Shown: positions 49,273 to 60,491, counted from the first letter of the stretch. The stretch is 64,000 bases of DNA from an uncultured Oscillospiraceae bacterium (GCA_910588935.1 CAJUSM010000005.1:2118-66117), one strand, 5' to 3'. Program-made: numbers and translations. Notes: a model not told the origin generated them from the letters alone.

Positions 49273-50532
49273 ATGAATCAAGTCCAGACCTACCCCATTG
49301 GCCCTGGCGTCACCCTGAAAAGCTTTGTGGACCCGGCCTTTAAAACCATGCGGCTTTCGGTGAATATGCTGGTGCCCCTGCGGGCTGCCACTGCCGCGGG
49401 CTATGCCCTGCTGCCCTCTCTGCTGGGCCGTGCCACCCGGGAGTTTCCAGATTATACCGCCTTGGGCCGTAAGCTGGCCAGGCTTTACGGGGCCTCCTTA
49501 GGTTCGGCGGTATCCCGGGCCGGGGAGTACCAGGTGCTCACCCTCTCTGCCGGAGGCATTTCCAGCCGGTATGCCCTGGGGGGCGAGGATATGTTTGGGG
49601 AGCTTACCGGCCTGCTGCTTAGCGCCCTGCTAACGCCCCTTACAGACAGCCAGGGCCTGTTCCCTCAGGAAGGCTTTCTCCAGGAAAAGCGCCAGCAGCT
49701 GGAGCAAAAGGACGCGGAACGCAGCGATAAAATCCTCTATGCCCACCAGCGCTGCCACCAGCTGCTTTTTCCCGGCTGCCCAGCCGGACTGGACAGGCTG
49801 GGCAGCCGGGAGGAAATTGAGGCCCTGTGCCGGGAGGAGATGACCTCTGCCTGGCAAACCCTGCTGAAGGAGGCCCGCTTTGAAATCTTCACCCTAGGGG
49901 ACTGCCAGCCAGATGTGGAGCTGTTCCGCGAGAGATTTGCCGGCCTGGGCCAGCCCCTTGCCCTAGGGGCGGTGGAGCGCCCCCTGCCGGAAAGAGCGGA
50001 GAGAGTAACCGAGATCCAGCCTCTGTCCCAGTCTAAGCTGGCTATGGGTTTCCGGGTTCAGGCAAAGGCGGAGGAGCGGCTGCTGTTCCAGCTGATGAGC
50101 GCTGTGCTGGGGGAGCCCACCAGCTCCAAACTGTTCTTGCATGTCCGGGAGGAGCAGGGCCTGTGCTATTACTGCGATTCCTCCTTTTCTTGGGTTACAG
50201 GCAGCCTGTTTGTGGAAAGCGGCGTGGAAATCCAGGCGTTGGACCAGGCGGAAACGGCCATTCTTGCCCAGCTGGCGGCCCTGCAAAGGGGCGAGATCAC
50301 TAGGGAAGAGCTGGAAAGCGCTAGGCTCTACCTGCTTCATGGCCTGAGAACCGTAGGAGATTCTCTTCACCGGGTTGAGAGCTGGTATATAAACCGAGCT
50401 TTTGACCTGCCAGGCCAGACCCCGGAGCAGGCGGCGGAGCAGCTGATGAAATACACCTGGCAGGACGTGGCCGAAGCCGCAAACCGCCTGGTTCCCGCCG
50501 GGGTGTTCCGGCTGAAAGGAAGCGAGAGCTGA
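49273..50532 (+). CDS. M16 (pitrilysin) family protein, non-catalytic partner (no HxxEH)
   Basis: ORF trimmed to ATG 49273. M16 fold pattern, but the zinc-motif position reads GYALLPSLLG. Confidence 0.78.
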   Translation: MNQVQTYPIGPGVTLKSFVDPAFKTMRLSVNMLVPLRAATAAGYALLPSLLGRATREFPDYTALGRKLARLYGASLGSAVSRAGEYQVLTLSAGGISSRYALGGEDMFGELTGLLLSALLTPLTDSQGLFPQEGFLQEKRQQLEQKDAERSDKILYAHQRCHQLLFPGCPAGLDRLGSREEIEALCREEMTSAWQTLLKEARFEIFTLGDCQPDVELFRERFAGLGQPLALGAVERPLPERAERVTEIQPLSQSKLAMGFRVQAKAEERLLFQLMSAVLGEPTSSKLFLHVREEQGLCYYCDSSFSWVTGSLFVESGVEIQALDQAETAILAQLAALQRGEITREELESARLYLLHGLRTVGDSLHRVESWYINRAFDLPGQTPEQAAEQLMKYTWQDVAEAANRLVPAGVFRLKGSES

Positions 50533-51800
50533 TGGAGCTGGAAAAAATAGAGAGCCGGCGGGTGGGGGACTATTATTATAAGGTGCGCCATCCCTCAGGC
50601 CTAGACATCTACCTTTACCCCAAAGAGATTGGGCGCAGTACCCGGGCGGTGTTTGCCGTTCGATACGGATCGGTGGACAACTGTTTCCAGGGGGAGGGGG
50701 AGGCTGCCCCCACAGAAATGCCCCTGGGCATTGCCCATTACTTGGAGCATAAGCTGTTTGAAAGCGGCGAGGGTGACGCCTTTGCCCGCTTTGCCCAGGC
50801 AGGGGCCAATGCCAACGCCTATACCGGCGCCGAGTCTACCAGCTATGTGTTCTCCTGCACAGACAGGCTGTATGAATCCCTGGAAATCCTGTTGGATTTT
50901 GTACAGGCCCCCTATTTCACAGAGGAGACCGTGGCCAAGGAGCGGGGAATTATTGCCCAAGAAATTAAGATGTACGACGATTCTCCCAACTGGCGGGTAG
51001 TACTGAACTACCTGCAGGCCATGTACCACGCCCACCCTGTCCGGCAGGACGAGGCGGGCACGGTGGAGAGCATTGCCCAGATTACCCCTGCCCATCTGTA
51101 CCGTTGCTACAATACTTTTTATAATTTGCGGAATATGGCGCTGGTACTGGCCGGGCATTTTCAAAAGGACAAGGTACTGGAGCTGTGCAGCCAAAAGCTA
51201 AAGCCCGCGGGCCCTTTCCAGGTACGGCGGGTGCTGCCCCCGGAGCCGGATACTGTGGTAACGCCTTTGGTGGAGCAGCGGCTTCCTACAGATATGCCTT
51301 GTTTCCAGTTCGGCTATAAGGATAAGGGCGGGCCCAGGAGCGAGGAGGACTTGGCGGCGGTTACGGTGCTGCTGGATGTTTTGGCCTCTGATGCCTCCCC
51401 TCTCTTTCGAGAGCTCTTAGACAAGGGGTTGGTAAATGAAGCCAGTTTTGGCTATCAATATTTTGAAGGCCGAGGCTATGCCACCCCTATTTTTGGAGGG
51501 GAATCCCGGGATCCACAGGGCGCGGCTAAGGTGATTGCCCGAGAAATTGCCCGGGTAAAGGCCCAGGGCCTGGAGCCAGAGGCCTTTGAGCTTGCTAAGC
51601 GCAGCCTATATGGGGAGGCCATTGGGGCCATGAACCACCCAGGAGGGGTAGCTGGCTCTTTGGCGGATTTTGTACTTCGAGGGCAAGAGCCCTTTCGGTA
51701 CATCGACGCTCTGGCGGAGCTTACCTTGGAGCAGGTGGAGGCTAAGCTGGATATTTTTCGGGAGGACCGAAGCGTGCTTTCGGTGGTAAGGCCTTTGTAG
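50532..51800 (+). CDS. M16 family zinc peptidase
   Basis: Inverted zinc motif HYLEH (GIAHYLEHKLFE). Start overlaps the upstream stop. Confidence 0.88.
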   Translation: MELEKIESRRVGDYYYKVRHPSGLDIYLYPKEIGRSTRAVFAVRYGSVDNCFQGEGEAAPTEMPLGIAHYLEHKLFESGEGDAFARFAQAGANANAYTGAESTSYVFSCTDRLYESLEILLDFVQAPYFTEETVAKERGIIAQEIKMYDDSPNWRVVLNYLQAMYHAHPVRQDEAGTVESIAQITPAHLYRCYNTFYNLRNMALVLAGHFQKDKVLELCSQKLKPAGPFQVRRVLPPEPDTVVTPLVEQRLPTDMPCFQFGYKDKGGPRSEEDLAAVTVLLDVLASDASPLFRELLDKGLVNEASFGYQYFEGRGYATPIFGGESRDPQGAAKVIAREIARVKAQGLEPEAFELAKRSLYGEAIGAMNHPGGVAGSLADFVLRGQEPFRYIDALAELTLEQVEAKLDIFREDRSVLSVVRPL

Positions 51801-51888
51801 GGTTGCTGCTCCTGCTTTTTTAGGTGGCGGGCTGTATGTGGGGGTTTGGATGTTTCCGCAATTTTTGTTCAGAAAGAAGGATTGGTGC

Positions 51889-52884
51889 ATGAATCATTTG
51901 GTAGAATTCCCCAGCCTGGGGCTTAGCTTTACAGTAAACGAGGTGGCCTTTTCTATAGGCAGCTACGACATCCGCTGGTATGGGGTTATTATTGCCCTAG
52001 GCTTTTTGCTGGCCCTGGGCTATGCGGGTATCAGCGCTAAAAAAATGGATATTGATATGGATCACCTCATCGATGCTGTTATCGCTGGTACCATTGGCGG
52101 TATTATCTGCGCCCGGCTGTACTATGTGCTCTTTTATCCCGGCGATAAGTACTGGCAGGATCCTATACAGATTTTGTATATCCACGACGGTGGAATTGCC
52201 ATATACGGCGGCTTCATAGGCGCCATGGTCTTTGGCGGATTAGTGGCTAAGTGGCGTGGCCTGCGGGTGCCGGCGGTGCTGGATCTGGCCAGCTTAGGCT
52301 TTCTGATCGGCCAGGGCGTGGGGCGCTGGGGGAATTTTGTAAACCAAGAGTGCTTTGGCGGGGCCACCAACCTGCCCTGGGGTATGGTTAGCGACAACAC
52401 CCGGGCTGTGGTGCCAGAGGGGCCGGTGCATCCCTGCTTTTTATACGAGTCGGCTTTGTGCCTGCTGGGGTTTTTGCTGCTGCATATTTTTACCCGGCGG
52501 TTCCGGCGGTACGACGGCCAGACCTTTATTCTGTATATTGTGTGGTATGGGGCAGTGCGTTTCTTTATAGAGGGTACCCGCACGGACAGCTTGATGATCG
52601 GCAGCTTAAAGATCTCCCAGGTGGTAGCTGGGGCCTGCGTGGTGGTTGGTATCGGCCTGCTCGTTGCCCTGCGGCATAAGAACAGCCTGACAGGCTGCGG
52701 AAGCCGGTATGTGATGGAGAGCATTGGGCTGGGAGAAACCCAGGAAGAGCCGGATATGGGGGGAAGTACCATTTTTGGCGATTTGCCCCCCTATGAGGAA
52801 GAATCGCCGGCAAAGGAAAAGAAAGAAGAAACGCCAGCGGAAAAGCCTGAAGAAAAAACGTCCGGTACAGAAGAAAAAGCCTGA
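51889..52884 (+). CDS. lgt: prolipoprotein diacylglyceryl transferase
   Basis: ORF trimmed to ATG 51889. IRWYGVIIALG, GRWGNFVNQE. Has a ~55-aa acidic/lysine-rich C-terminal tail. Confidence 0.92.
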   Translation: MNHLVEFPSLGLSFTVNEVAFSIGSYDIRWYGVIIALGFLLALGYAGISAKKMDIDMDHLIDAVIAGTIGGIICARLYYVLFYPGDKYWQDPIQILYIHDGGIAIYGGFIGAMVFGGLVAKWRGLRVPAVLDLASLGFLIGQGVGRWGNFVNQECFGGATNLPWGMVSDNTRAVVPEGPVHPCFLYESALCLLGFLLLHIFTRRFRRYDGQTFILYIVWYGAVRFFIEGTRTDSLMIGSLKISQVVAGACVVVGIGLLVALRHKNSLTGCGSRYVMESIGLGETQEEPDMGGSTIFGDLPPYEEESPAKEKKEETPAEKPEEKTSGTEEKA

Positions 52885-53148
52885 ATTCAAAAAGCCGAAG
52901 GGCTACACAATCGTTTTGCCAACCCCTACAAAGGCTGGGGCAGAGTTCCATGCCCTTGTAGAAAGGCCATATAAAAAATTCCCGGCGGTGATTTTCGGCT
53001 GAAAGCGTCTATCGCCGGCAGGCGGGGCAGAAATCCTGATAGCTCTTTTACACCCTCAAAACACGCCTCACAACTCTTCCAAGCAAGAAAAGCACATGCT
53101 CTCCCAAACGAACCCCAAAACCCCAGCAAAACTCAGGAGGTATTTATT

Positions 53149-54018
53149 ATGGCAACCATCATAGACGGCAAGGCCGTGGCAGCCAAAGTAAAAGCGGAGG
53201 CCGCCCAGGAGGTACAGGCCCTGGCAGCCCAGGGCGTTGTACCTGGGCTGGCTGTGGTTATTGTGGGGAGCGACCCTGCCTCCCGCATCTATGTGAACAA
53301 TAAAAAGAAAGCTTGCCAGGAGGTGGGCATCCACTCGGAGGAGTACGCTTTGTCCGGGGAAACCTCCCAACAGGAGCTGCTGGCTTTGGTAGAAAAACTG
53401 AACGCCGATCCCAATATTCATGGCATTCTGGTGCAGTCTCCCCTGCCCGCTGGGCTGGACGAGGCCGGGGTGGTGGAGACCATTGCCCCCCATAAGGATG
53501 TGGACGCCTTCCATGCGTATAATGTGGGAAAAATTATGCGGGGCCGGTATACCTTTTTGCCCTGCACCCCTGCAGGGGTAATCGAGCTTATCCGGTCCAC
53601 TGGGGTAGAAATTGCCGGAAAGCGCTGTGTGGTCATCGGCCGCAGCGATATTGTGGGCAAGCCTATGGCCATGCTGCTGCTCCACCAAAACGGCACGGTG
53701 ACCATTTGCCACAGCAAAACCCAGAACCTGCCGGAAATCTGCCGGGAGGCGGACATTCTGGTCTCTGCTGTGGGCAGGGCTGCCTTTGTTACCGGAGATA
53801 TGGTGAAACCCGGGGCTGTGGTAATTGATGTAGGTATGAACCGGGACAAAAACGGCAAGCTTTGCGGAGACGTGGTTTTTGAGGAGGTGGCGGAAAAGGC
53901 GGCCTACATTACCCCTGTTCCTGGCGGGGTGGGCCCTATGACCATTGCTATGCTGATGAAAAATACTGTGGCAGCCGCCAGGCTCAGCCTGGAAAAGGCC
54001 GGGGATTCTCATGGCTGA
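53149..54018 (+). CDS. folD: bifunctional methylene-THF dehydrogenase / methenyl-THF cyclohydrolase
   Basis: [14 protein letters not shown]; [13 protein letters not shown]; [10 protein letters not shown]. Confidence 0.95.
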   Translation: MATIIDGKAVAAKVKAEAAQEVQALAAQGVVPGLAVVIVGSDPASRIYVNNKKKACQEVGIHSEEYALSGETSQQELLALVEKLNADPNIHGILVQSPLPAGLDEAGVVETIAPHKDVDAFHAYNVGKIMRGRYTFLPCTPAGVIELIRSTGVEIAGKRCVVIGRSDIVGKPMAMLLLHQNGTVTICHSKTQNLPEICREADILVSAVGRAAFVTGDMVKPGAVVIDVGMNRDKNGKLCGDVVFEEVAEKAAYITPVPGGVGPMTIAMLMKNTVAAARLSLEKAGDSHG

Positions 54019-55900
54019 CCTGCTGGAAGGGATCCGTTCCCCCCAGGACCTGAAGAAGCTCAGCCTCCAGGAGCTGGAAAACCTGTGTGAGGAAATACGT
54101 CAGGTGATCATCCGCACGGTCTCTGACAATGGCGGCCATTTGGCCTCTAATCTGGGGGTAGTGGAGCTTACCGTAGCTCTCTGCCTGGCCTTTCATCCCC
54201 CGGAGGACGCCATTGTGTGGGATGTGGGCCACCAGAGCTACCCCTATAAGCTGCTCACCGGCCGGTACCAAGCCTTTTCTTCCCTGCGCCGGGAGGGAGG
54301 GCTTTCCGGCTTTCCCTGCCGGGAGGAGAGCCCCTGCGACCAGTTTACCACTGGCCACAGCAGTACCTCTATCTCATCGGCCCTGGGGCTCTCCCAGGCC
54401 AGGCTGCTGGGGGAAAAGGAGGGCTGGGTGGCGGCGGTGATCGGGGACGGCGCCCTAACCGGAGGCTTAGCCTTTGAGGGGCTGAACAACGCCGGCCAGT
54501 TCCGCCGGAATCTTATTGTGATCCTCAACGACAATACCATGTCCATTTCCAAAAATGTGGGCTCTATTGCCCGGTATCTAACCTACATGCGCACCAAGCC
54601 CGGTTACCTGAAAGCTAAAGGGAATGTAGAGCAGGCCCTAGGCCGGCTGCCGGTGGTGGGCGGAGCCATTGCGGCCTTTATGCGCCGGGTGAAGGACAGC
54701 CTGAAAAAAATGCTTTATGGGTCTAATGTGTTCAGCGACCTGGGCTTTGCCTATTACGGACCCTTTGACGGGCACAATGTAAGGGAGCTGGCCGAAACCC
54801 TGGAGGCGGTTAAGCTTATCCACAAGCCGGTGCTCATTCATGTGCGCACCTATAAGGGTAAGGGCTACCAGTATGCAGAGCAGGCCCCTACCCTGTACCA
54901 CGGCCTTTCTGGTTTCGATGTGGATACCGGGGCCACAGGGGAAAAGGCGGAGACCTTTTCCGATGTGTTCGGCCAGGCCCTGTGCGGGCTGGCTGAGAGG
55001 GATAGCCGCGTTTGCGCCATTACTGCCGCCATGCAGGAGGGCACAGGTCTTTCCCTTTTCCGGGAGCGGTTTAAGAAACGGTTTTACGATGTAGGCATTG
55101 CGGAGGGCCATGGGGCCACCTTTGCCGGGGGCCTGGCGGCAGGGGGAATGCTGCCGGTGTTTGCCGTGTACTCCACTTTTCTTCAGCGGGCCTACGACCA
55201 GCTGATCCACGATGTGGCGCTGCAGAATGTAAAAGTGATCTTAGCCATTGACCGGGCGGGAATTGTGGGGGAGGATGGTAAAACCCACCAGGGCCTGTTC
55301 GACGCCGCCTTTCTCCGGTCTATTCCTGGGGTGACCCTGTACTCCCCAGCCTATTTTCAAGAGCTGCGAGACCAGCTGGCCTTTTTGGCCCGGGAGCCTG
55401 GGGGTATTTGCGCCATCCGCTATCCCCGAAGAAAGGAGCTGTATAAGCCTCCCTGTTTTCGCAGCACTACAGACCCCTGGTCTGTGTATGGCGACCCTGA
55501 GGCTTCTCTGTGCTTAGTTACCTATGGCCGGTTGTTCTCCTTTGGGGCCGAGGCGGTCCGGCGGCTGAAGGAACAGGGCGTTGGGGTAAAGCTGCTCAAG
55601 CTCAACCGGATTGTACCCATAGACCCAGCCGCAGCGGAGGAGGTCTTGGGCTGCAGCCATGTGCTTTTTTACGAGGAGGGCCTGCGCCAGGGCGGTATTG
55701 GCGAGGGCTTTGGTGCCCTGCTGCTGGAGCGGGGCTACCGGGGGAGCTGGACGCTTCGGGGGATAGAAAACCCCTTTGTAGCCCACAGCCCCATGTTCCG
55801 GGCCCTAGAGGAGCTGGGCCTTTCCGCGGGATGCATGGAGAAAGACCTGTTGGGCTGCTGGGAGAAGGAGGAAGATCATTTTGGGAAAAAAGAGGCTTGA
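54011..55900 (+). CDS. dxs: 1-deoxy-D-xylulose-5-phosphate synthase
   Basis: 629 aa; [14 protein letters not shown]; [10 protein letters not shown]; GIAEGHG. Confidence 0.96.
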   Translation: MADLLEGIRSPQDLKKLSLQELENLCEEIRQVIIRTVSDNGGHLASNLGVVELTVALCLAFHPPEDAIVWDVGHQSYPYKLLTGRYQAFSSLRREGGLSGFPCREESPCDQFTTGHSSTSISSALGLSQARLLGEKEGWVAAVIGDGALTGGLAFEGLNNAGQFRRNLIVILNDNTMSISKNVGSIARYLTYMRTKPGYLKAKGNVEQALGRLPVVGGAIAAFMRRVKDSLKKMLYGSNVFSDLGFAYYGPFDGHNVRELAETLEAVKLIHKPVLIHVRTYKGKGYQYAEQAPTLYHGLSGFDVDTGATGEKAETFSDVFGQALCGLAERDSRVCAITAAMQEGTGLSLFRERFKKRFYDVGIAEGHGATFAGGLAAGGMLPVFAVYSTFLQRAYDQLIHDVALQNVKVILAIDRAGIVGEDGKTHQGLFDAAFLRSIPGVTLYSPAYFQELRDQLAFLAREPGGICAIRYPRRKELYKPPCFRSTTDPWSVYGDPEASLCLVTYGRLFSFGAEAVRRLKEQGVGVKLLKLNRIVPIDPAAAEEVLGCSHVLFYEEGLRQGGIGEGFGALLLERGYRGSWTLRGIENPFVAHSPMFRALEELGLSAGCMEKDLLGCWEKEEDHFGKKEA

Positions 55901-56693
55901 CCTGCTGGTGACCGAGCGGGGCTTGGCTCCCAGCCGGGAAAAGGCCAAAGCCCTGATAATGGCTGGGGCTGTGTATGCGGACAACCAAAAGGCGGATAAA
56001 CCTGGAGACCTGTTCCGGGAAGACTGCCGGTTGGAGGTTCGGGGCGGGAACCAGAAATATGTGAGCCGGGGCGGGCTGAAGCTGGAAAAGGCCATGACTT
56101 GCTTTGGCCTAGACCTGGCTGGGCTTATCTGCATGGATGTGGGAGCCTCCACCGGAGGCTTTACAGATTGTATGCTGCAAAATGGTGCCCAGCGGGTGTA
56201 TGCCGTAGATGTGGGTTATGGACAGCTGGCCTGGTCCCTGCGCCAGAATCCCCGGGTGATCAGCCTGGAGCGTACCAATGCCAGGTATCTTAGCCGGGAA
56301 CAGGTGCCGGAGGAAATCGGCTTTTTTTCGGTGGACGTGTCCTTTATCTCCCTAACCCTGGTGCTGCCTGCCATACGGGCCCTTCTTGCCCCAAAGGGCC
56401 GAGGGGTCTGCCTGATTAAGCCTCAGTTTGAGGCGGGGCGGGAAAAGGTGGGAAAAAAGGGGGTAATCCGGGACCGCCAGGTTCACCAGGAAGTAATTGA
56501 GAAGATTGAAAGCTTTGCCCTGGAAAACGGCTTTTCCGTGTTGGGCCTGAATTTTTCCCCAGTAAAGGGGCCGGAGGGAAATATTGAGTACCTCATTTTT
56601 CTGGAGCGGTCCCAATCGCCGGAACCTGCCCAGGGGCTGGCTCAGGGGGCGCAGGTGGTGGAGGCCTCCCACCAGGCTTTGGATCCGGCTTAA
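55881..56693 (+). CDS. tlyA: TlyA family rRNA (cytidine-2'-O)-methyltransferase
   Basis: TTG start after GGAGAAGGAGGA. S4 domain ([23 protein letters not shown]) plus FtsJ-like MTase (DVGASTGGFTD). Confidence 0.9.
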   Translation: MGKKRLDLLVTERGLAPSREKAKALIMAGAVYADNQKADKPGDLFREDCRLEVRGGNQKYVSRGGLKLEKAMTCFGLDLAGLICMDVGASTGGFTDCMLQNGAQRVYAVDVGYGQLAWSLRQNPRVISLERTNARYLSREQVPEEIGFFSVDVSFISLTLVLPAIRALLAPKGRGVCLIKPQFEAGREKVGKKGVIRDRQVHQEVIEKIESFALENGFSVLGLNFSPVKGPEGNIEYLIFLERSQSPEPAQGLAQGAQVVEASHQALDPA

Positions 56694-56723
56694 CCGAGAG
56701 CTTATGGGAGAGGAGACAGGTAT

Positions 56724-57557
56724 ATGAAAATCGCGGTGGCCCCCAACCCAGTTAAAAAAAGGGCTCCGGCCTGTGCCCAGGCTGCGGCTGCCCTGCTGGA
56801 GGGCTGCGGCTGCCAGGTCGTGTTGGTTCAGGGCCTGTACGGTCAGGGCCCTGCCAAGGAGGCTGCCCAAAGGGCTGTGGCAGGCTGCCACATGGTTTTG
56901 GCAGTGGGAGGAGACGGTACCATTATTGCCGCCGCCAAGTTGGCCGCCCGGCTGGATATCCCGGTGCTAGGTGTAAACGCGGGCAAGCTGGGCTTTACCG
57001 CTGGCCTAGAAAGCCGAGAGCTGGAGCTGCTTCCCCGGCTGGCAGCAGGGGACTATCAGGAGGAACGGCGGATGATGCTGGAAATTACCCTGGTTTCCGA
57101 TGGGCAGCGGCGGGCCTTTACCGCTCTGAACGACGGGGTAATCTCGGCGGAGCTGGCAAAAATTGTGGAGTACCGTATGGCGGTAGGCGAGGGCCAGGCC
57201 TACAATTACCGGGCGGATGGCTTTATTGTGGCCACGCCCACTGGCTCTACGGCCTATTCCCTGTCTGCTGGGGGGCCGGTGGTAGAGCCCAATATGGACT
57301 GCATGATCTATACTCCCATCTGCCCCCATTCCCTGTTCAACCGCAGCGTGGTTTTTGCCCCGGATACCAGGCTGACAGTGGAGATTCCCCGGAACCGGGG
57401 AAGCCTGTTCCTTACAGTAGACGGGGAGACGCCAGTGGAGCTGCTAGAAGGGGACCGGCTGTGCTTTGCCCGGCGGGCAGGGGCGGTCCGGTTTATCCGG
57501 CTGGGAGAGCACAATTTTTACGATACGCTGAACGAAAAGCTGTTAGAAGGGCAATAA
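56724..57557 (+). CDS. nadK: NAD kinase
   Basis: GGDGT motif (LAVGGDGTIIAAAK); ATPTGSTAYSLSAGGP. Confidence 0.93.
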   Translation: MKIAVAPNPVKKRAPACAQAAAALLEGCGCQVVLVQGLYGQGPAKEAAQRAVAGCHMVLAVGGDGTIIAAAKLAARLDIPVLGVNAGKLGFTAGLESRELELLPRLAAGDYQEERRMMLEITLVSDGQRRAFTALNDGVISAELAKIVEYRMAVGEGQAYNYRADGFIVATPTGSTAYSLSAGGPVVEPNMDCMIYTPICPHSLFNRSVVFAPDTRLTVEIPRNRGSLFLTVDGETPVELLEGDRLCFARRAGAVRFIRLGEHNFYDTLNEKLLEGQ

Positions 57558-57772
57558 AAGGCGTGAGAGTAAAAAACTGGAGCCCCAAAAAGCTTTGCCG
57601 TGCCGCCTGCCGGCTTGATGGGTGGGGAAGGGGAACCGGTGGGCAGCTCCTTTTCAAAACAAGAATCCAGAAAAACTCGGGATGCTGTTCTTGCTTTCTT
57701 CCCCTAGCCCTGCTTTTTAAAATTCAAGTCCCTATAAAAGACCTGGCGGCAAGCCGCCGGAAAGGAGCTGCG

Positions 57773-58228
57773 ATGAAAAGCCGACGCCATGCAAAAATAC
57801 TGGAGCTGATCCGAGAGATGGACCTGGAAACCCAGGATGAACTTCTTCGCTATCTGCGGGAGGCTGGGTTTGATGTAACCCAGGCCACGGTTTCCCGGGA
57901 CATTCGAGAGCTGCGCCTCATTAAAATCCAGTCAGGCTCAGGCCGGTACAAGTATTCCATAGGGACCGATTCCCAGCCAGATATGGCCTCTAAGTTTTAC
58001 GATTTTTTTACAGACGCGGCTCTCTCCGCAGAGGCCGCGGGGAACTTGCTGGTCATTAAATGTATGAGCGGCATGGCCCAGGCGGTGTGTGCCGCGATGG
58101 ATGCTATGGTGTGGGAGGACTTTGTGGGCACCCTGGCCGGGGAGGATACGATCTTTGTGGCCTGCCGCACAGAGTCTGCCGCCAAAGCCGCCCAGGAGGA
58201 GCTGAAAAAGCTGCTGAAGGGCAGCTAA
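57773..58228 (+). CDS. argR: arginine repressor
   Basis: ORF trimmed to ATG 57773 (MKSRRHAKILELIREMDLETQDELL...VTQATVSRDIRELRL). C-terminal GTLAGEDTIFV. Confidence 0.92.
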   Translation: MKSRRHAKILELIREMDLETQDELLRYLREAGFDVTQATVSRDIRELRLIKIQSGSGRYKYSIGTDSQPDMASKFYDFFTDAALSAEAAGNLLVIKCMSGMAQAVCAAMDAMVWEDFVGTLAGEDTIFVACRTESAAKAAQEELKKLLKGS

Positions 58229-58309
58229 GGAATGCTGCCCAGGGCAAAACCAAGTTCTGGCCGGCGTCCGGCTAAATTTCCCATTTTCGTTACAACAGGA
58301 GGCTTTGCC

Positions 58310-59989
58310 GTGCTTGCACAGTTGTTTATTAACAATATCGCTGTTATCGAACGCGCCTCTATCGACCTGGAGCCCGGATTTACCGTGCTTACCGGCGAAA
58401 CCGGCGCGGGAAAATCTATGATTATAGACGCCATCCACGCTATTTTAGGGGAGCGCACCTCTAAGGAGCTGGTGCGTACAGGGGAGTCAGCCGCCTCTGT
58501 CTCCGCCCTGTTTACCGGCCTGGCAGGGGACGTGCTGGAGCTGCTGGACAGCCTCTCCGTGCCCCGGGAGGAGGAGGGTTCCCTGCTGGTCCAGCGGAAC
58601 ATTCGCCTGGAAGGAAAATCCTCCTGCAAGCTCAATGGCGCTCCGGCTACCGTGTCTATGCTAAAAACCATTGCGCCCCGGCTGATTGGGGTTCATGGCC
58701 AGCATGAAAGCTACGAGCTCCTTTCCCCTGAGCTCCATATGAACTATATCGATAGCTTTGGCCAGCTGGAAGGCCTGCTGGAGCGGTACAAGGCCAGCTA
58801 TCAGCGGCTGCGGGGCTTTCAGCGCCGGCTGAAAGAACTGAATACCGACCAAGGAGAGAAGAATCGCCGGGCAGACTTGCTGCGGTACCAGATTGGCGAA
58901 CTGGAAGAGGCGGGCATTACCCCTGGCGAACGGGAGGAGTTGACAAAGAACCGGGACGCCATCCGAAACAGCGGGCGAATTTCCGACGCTGTGGAGCTGG
59001 CAAAACGCATCCTTTCTGGAGACGAGGAGAGCAGCGGGGTGGTTTCAGAGCTGGGCCGGGCGGCAGGAGAGCTGGAGCGGGCGGCAGAGTTTATGCCTCA
59101 GCTGGAAGAGGCTGCCCAAAAGCTGCGGGAGGCAGGCTTTTTGCTGGAGGACGGGGAGAGCGCCCTGTATAGCTTGGCGATAGAGTTTGACCCGGCGGCT
59201 TTGGACGCCATAGAGGACCGGCTGGATCAGCTCTATCGCCTGGGCCTAAAATACGGGGAAACAGAGGAGGATATGCTGGCTTTTTTGGACCGCTGCCAAA
59301 AAGAGCTCCACGAAATCCAGTTTTCCGACGAAACCCGTGAGGAGCTGGAGGCCGGCTACGAAAAGGAAAAGGCGGCAGCCATTGCCTTAGCCCGGGAGCT
59401 TTCGGGAAAGCGGCGGGACTGGGCGGCAAAATTTACCCGGCAGGTAAAGGCAGAGCTGGCCTTTCTTAACATGCCTGGGGTAGAGTTTGTGGCAGAGATT
59501 GAGCGGGTGCCCCTAACCGCCACAGGCTGCGACCGCCTGCAGTTCTTAGTATCGGCCAACAAGGGAGAGCCCCCCAAGCCTCTATCCAAAATCGCCTCGG
59601 GAGGCGAGCTTTCCCGGATTATGCTGGCGGTGAAAACCGTGCTTTCCGGTATGGACAAAATCGACACCTTGATTTTTGACGAGGTAGACGCAGGGGTTAG
59701 CGGGGCGGCCGCCAACCGCATTGGAGAAAAGCTGCGCCAGGTCAGCAAAAACAGGCAGGTGCTGTGCATTACCCATTTGGCCCAAATTGCGGCGATGGCG
59801 GAAAATCATTTGCGTATAACAAAGCATGTGGAAAAAGGGCGGACCTTTACCCAGGTAGAGCCCCTGGACCTGGAGGGCCGCAAGCGGGAGCTGGCCAGAA
59901 TAATTGGCGGGGAAGAGGCCACCCAGCTGCAGCTGGATATGGCGGAGGAGATGCTGAGGAAAGCCCGGGAGAGGGAATGCTCTAAGTGA
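58310..59989 (+). CDS. recN: DNA repair protein RecN
   Basis: GTG 58310 lies 7 nt after ACAGGAGG (LAQLFINNIAVIE). Walker A GETGAGKS, SMC-like coiled coil, ASGGELSR, LIFDEVD. Confidence 0.93.
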   Translation: MLAQLFINNIAVIERASIDLEPGFTVLTGETGAGKSMIIDAIHAILGERTSKELVRTGESAASVSALFTGLAGDVLELLDSLSVPREEEGSLLVQRNIRLEGKSSCKLNGAPATVSMLKTIAPRLIGVHGQHESYELLSPELHMNYIDSFGQLEGLLERYKASYQRLRGFQRRLKELNTDQGEKNRRADLLRYQIGELEEAGITPGEREELTKNRDAIRNSGRISDAVELAKRILSGDEESSGVVSELGRAAGELERAAEFMPQLEEAAQKLREAGFLLEDGESALYSLAIEFDPAALDAIEDRLDQLYRLGLKYGETEEDMLAFLDRCQKELHEIQFSDETREELEAGYEKEKAAAIALARELSGKRRDWAAKFTRQVKAELAFLNMPGVEFVAEIERVPLTATGCDRLQFLVSANKGEPPKPLSKIASGGELSRIMLAVKTVLSGMDKIDTLIFDEVDAGVSGAAANRIGEKLRQVSKNRQVLCITHLAQIAAMAENHLRITKHVEKGRTFTQVEPLDLEGRKRELARIIGGEEATQLQLDMAEEMLRKARERECSK

Positions 59990-60161
59990 GGGGGCCTGGG
60001 AAAGGGTAGGGAGATGATTTGGTTTTTTCATAACCTTTCCTAAAGGAAAACAAGGCGAAGCGAAGCATTACAACTCTTTATCAGGCCAACCGGCATAGGA
60101 GAGCTGGCCTTTGCTTTCTTAACCCTGCTTTTATCTTGGTCAATTCCCTGAGAAAAAGCCC

Positions 60162-60190
60162 TTGACATCCTGCTCCAAATCGTCTATAAT
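60162..60190 (+). promoter_or_regulatory. consensus sigma-70 promoter of T-box/tyrS operon
   Basis: TTGACA (60162-60167), 17-nt spacer, TATAAT (60185-60190). Confidence 0.8.
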
Positions 60191-60196
60191 ATTTGC

Positions 60197-60491
60197 CAAT
60201 GGCAATGACGGAATGCAAGTAAGCCCTGCTCTACATGGCAAAGAGAGCCCGCAGCTGGTGGAAGCGGGACCATAGCAGGGGCTGAAAATACCCTCCCGAG
60301 CCGCTTTCCTGAAACGCCAGTAGGGAAAGCCGTCTGACAGGCGTTACACTGTCAGGGTATCAGGAAGTGAATTCCTTGTACCTGTTAAGGCCGGAGCCGC
60401 GAGGTTTCTGGTAAAAAGAGGTGGTACCGCGATTTTGTTTTATCGCCCTCTGCAAAAGCTGCGCCTATGGCGGCTTGGCAGAGGGCTTTTT
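60197..60491 (+). promoter_or_regulatory. T-box riboswitch leader (tyrosine-type by context)
   Basis: AG bulge AGAGAG (60242-60247), distal loop GCTGGTGGAA, T-box GGTGGTACCGCG (60420-60431). Terminator GCCCTCTGC/GCAGAGGGC plus TTTTT (60445-60491). UAC triplet at 60289-60291. Confidence 0.85.

Noticed and set aside
52885-53148. ZTP/THF riboswitch upstream of folD (also checked upstream of fhs and purB)
   Set aside because: I found no GGGTCGTGAC/CCGCCTGGGC-type ZTP core and no THF motif. CGCCGGCAGGCGGGGCA is only superficially similar.
53068-54012. Long antisense ORFs (e.g. 314 aa opposite folD; 287 aa at 1797-2660; 277 aa at 31002-31835; many others in the track)
   Set aside because: They lie fully opposite confidently identified genes, have Arg/Pro/Gly/Ala-rich low-complexity translations typical of GC-rich antisense frames, and have no SD. 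They are treated as spurious.
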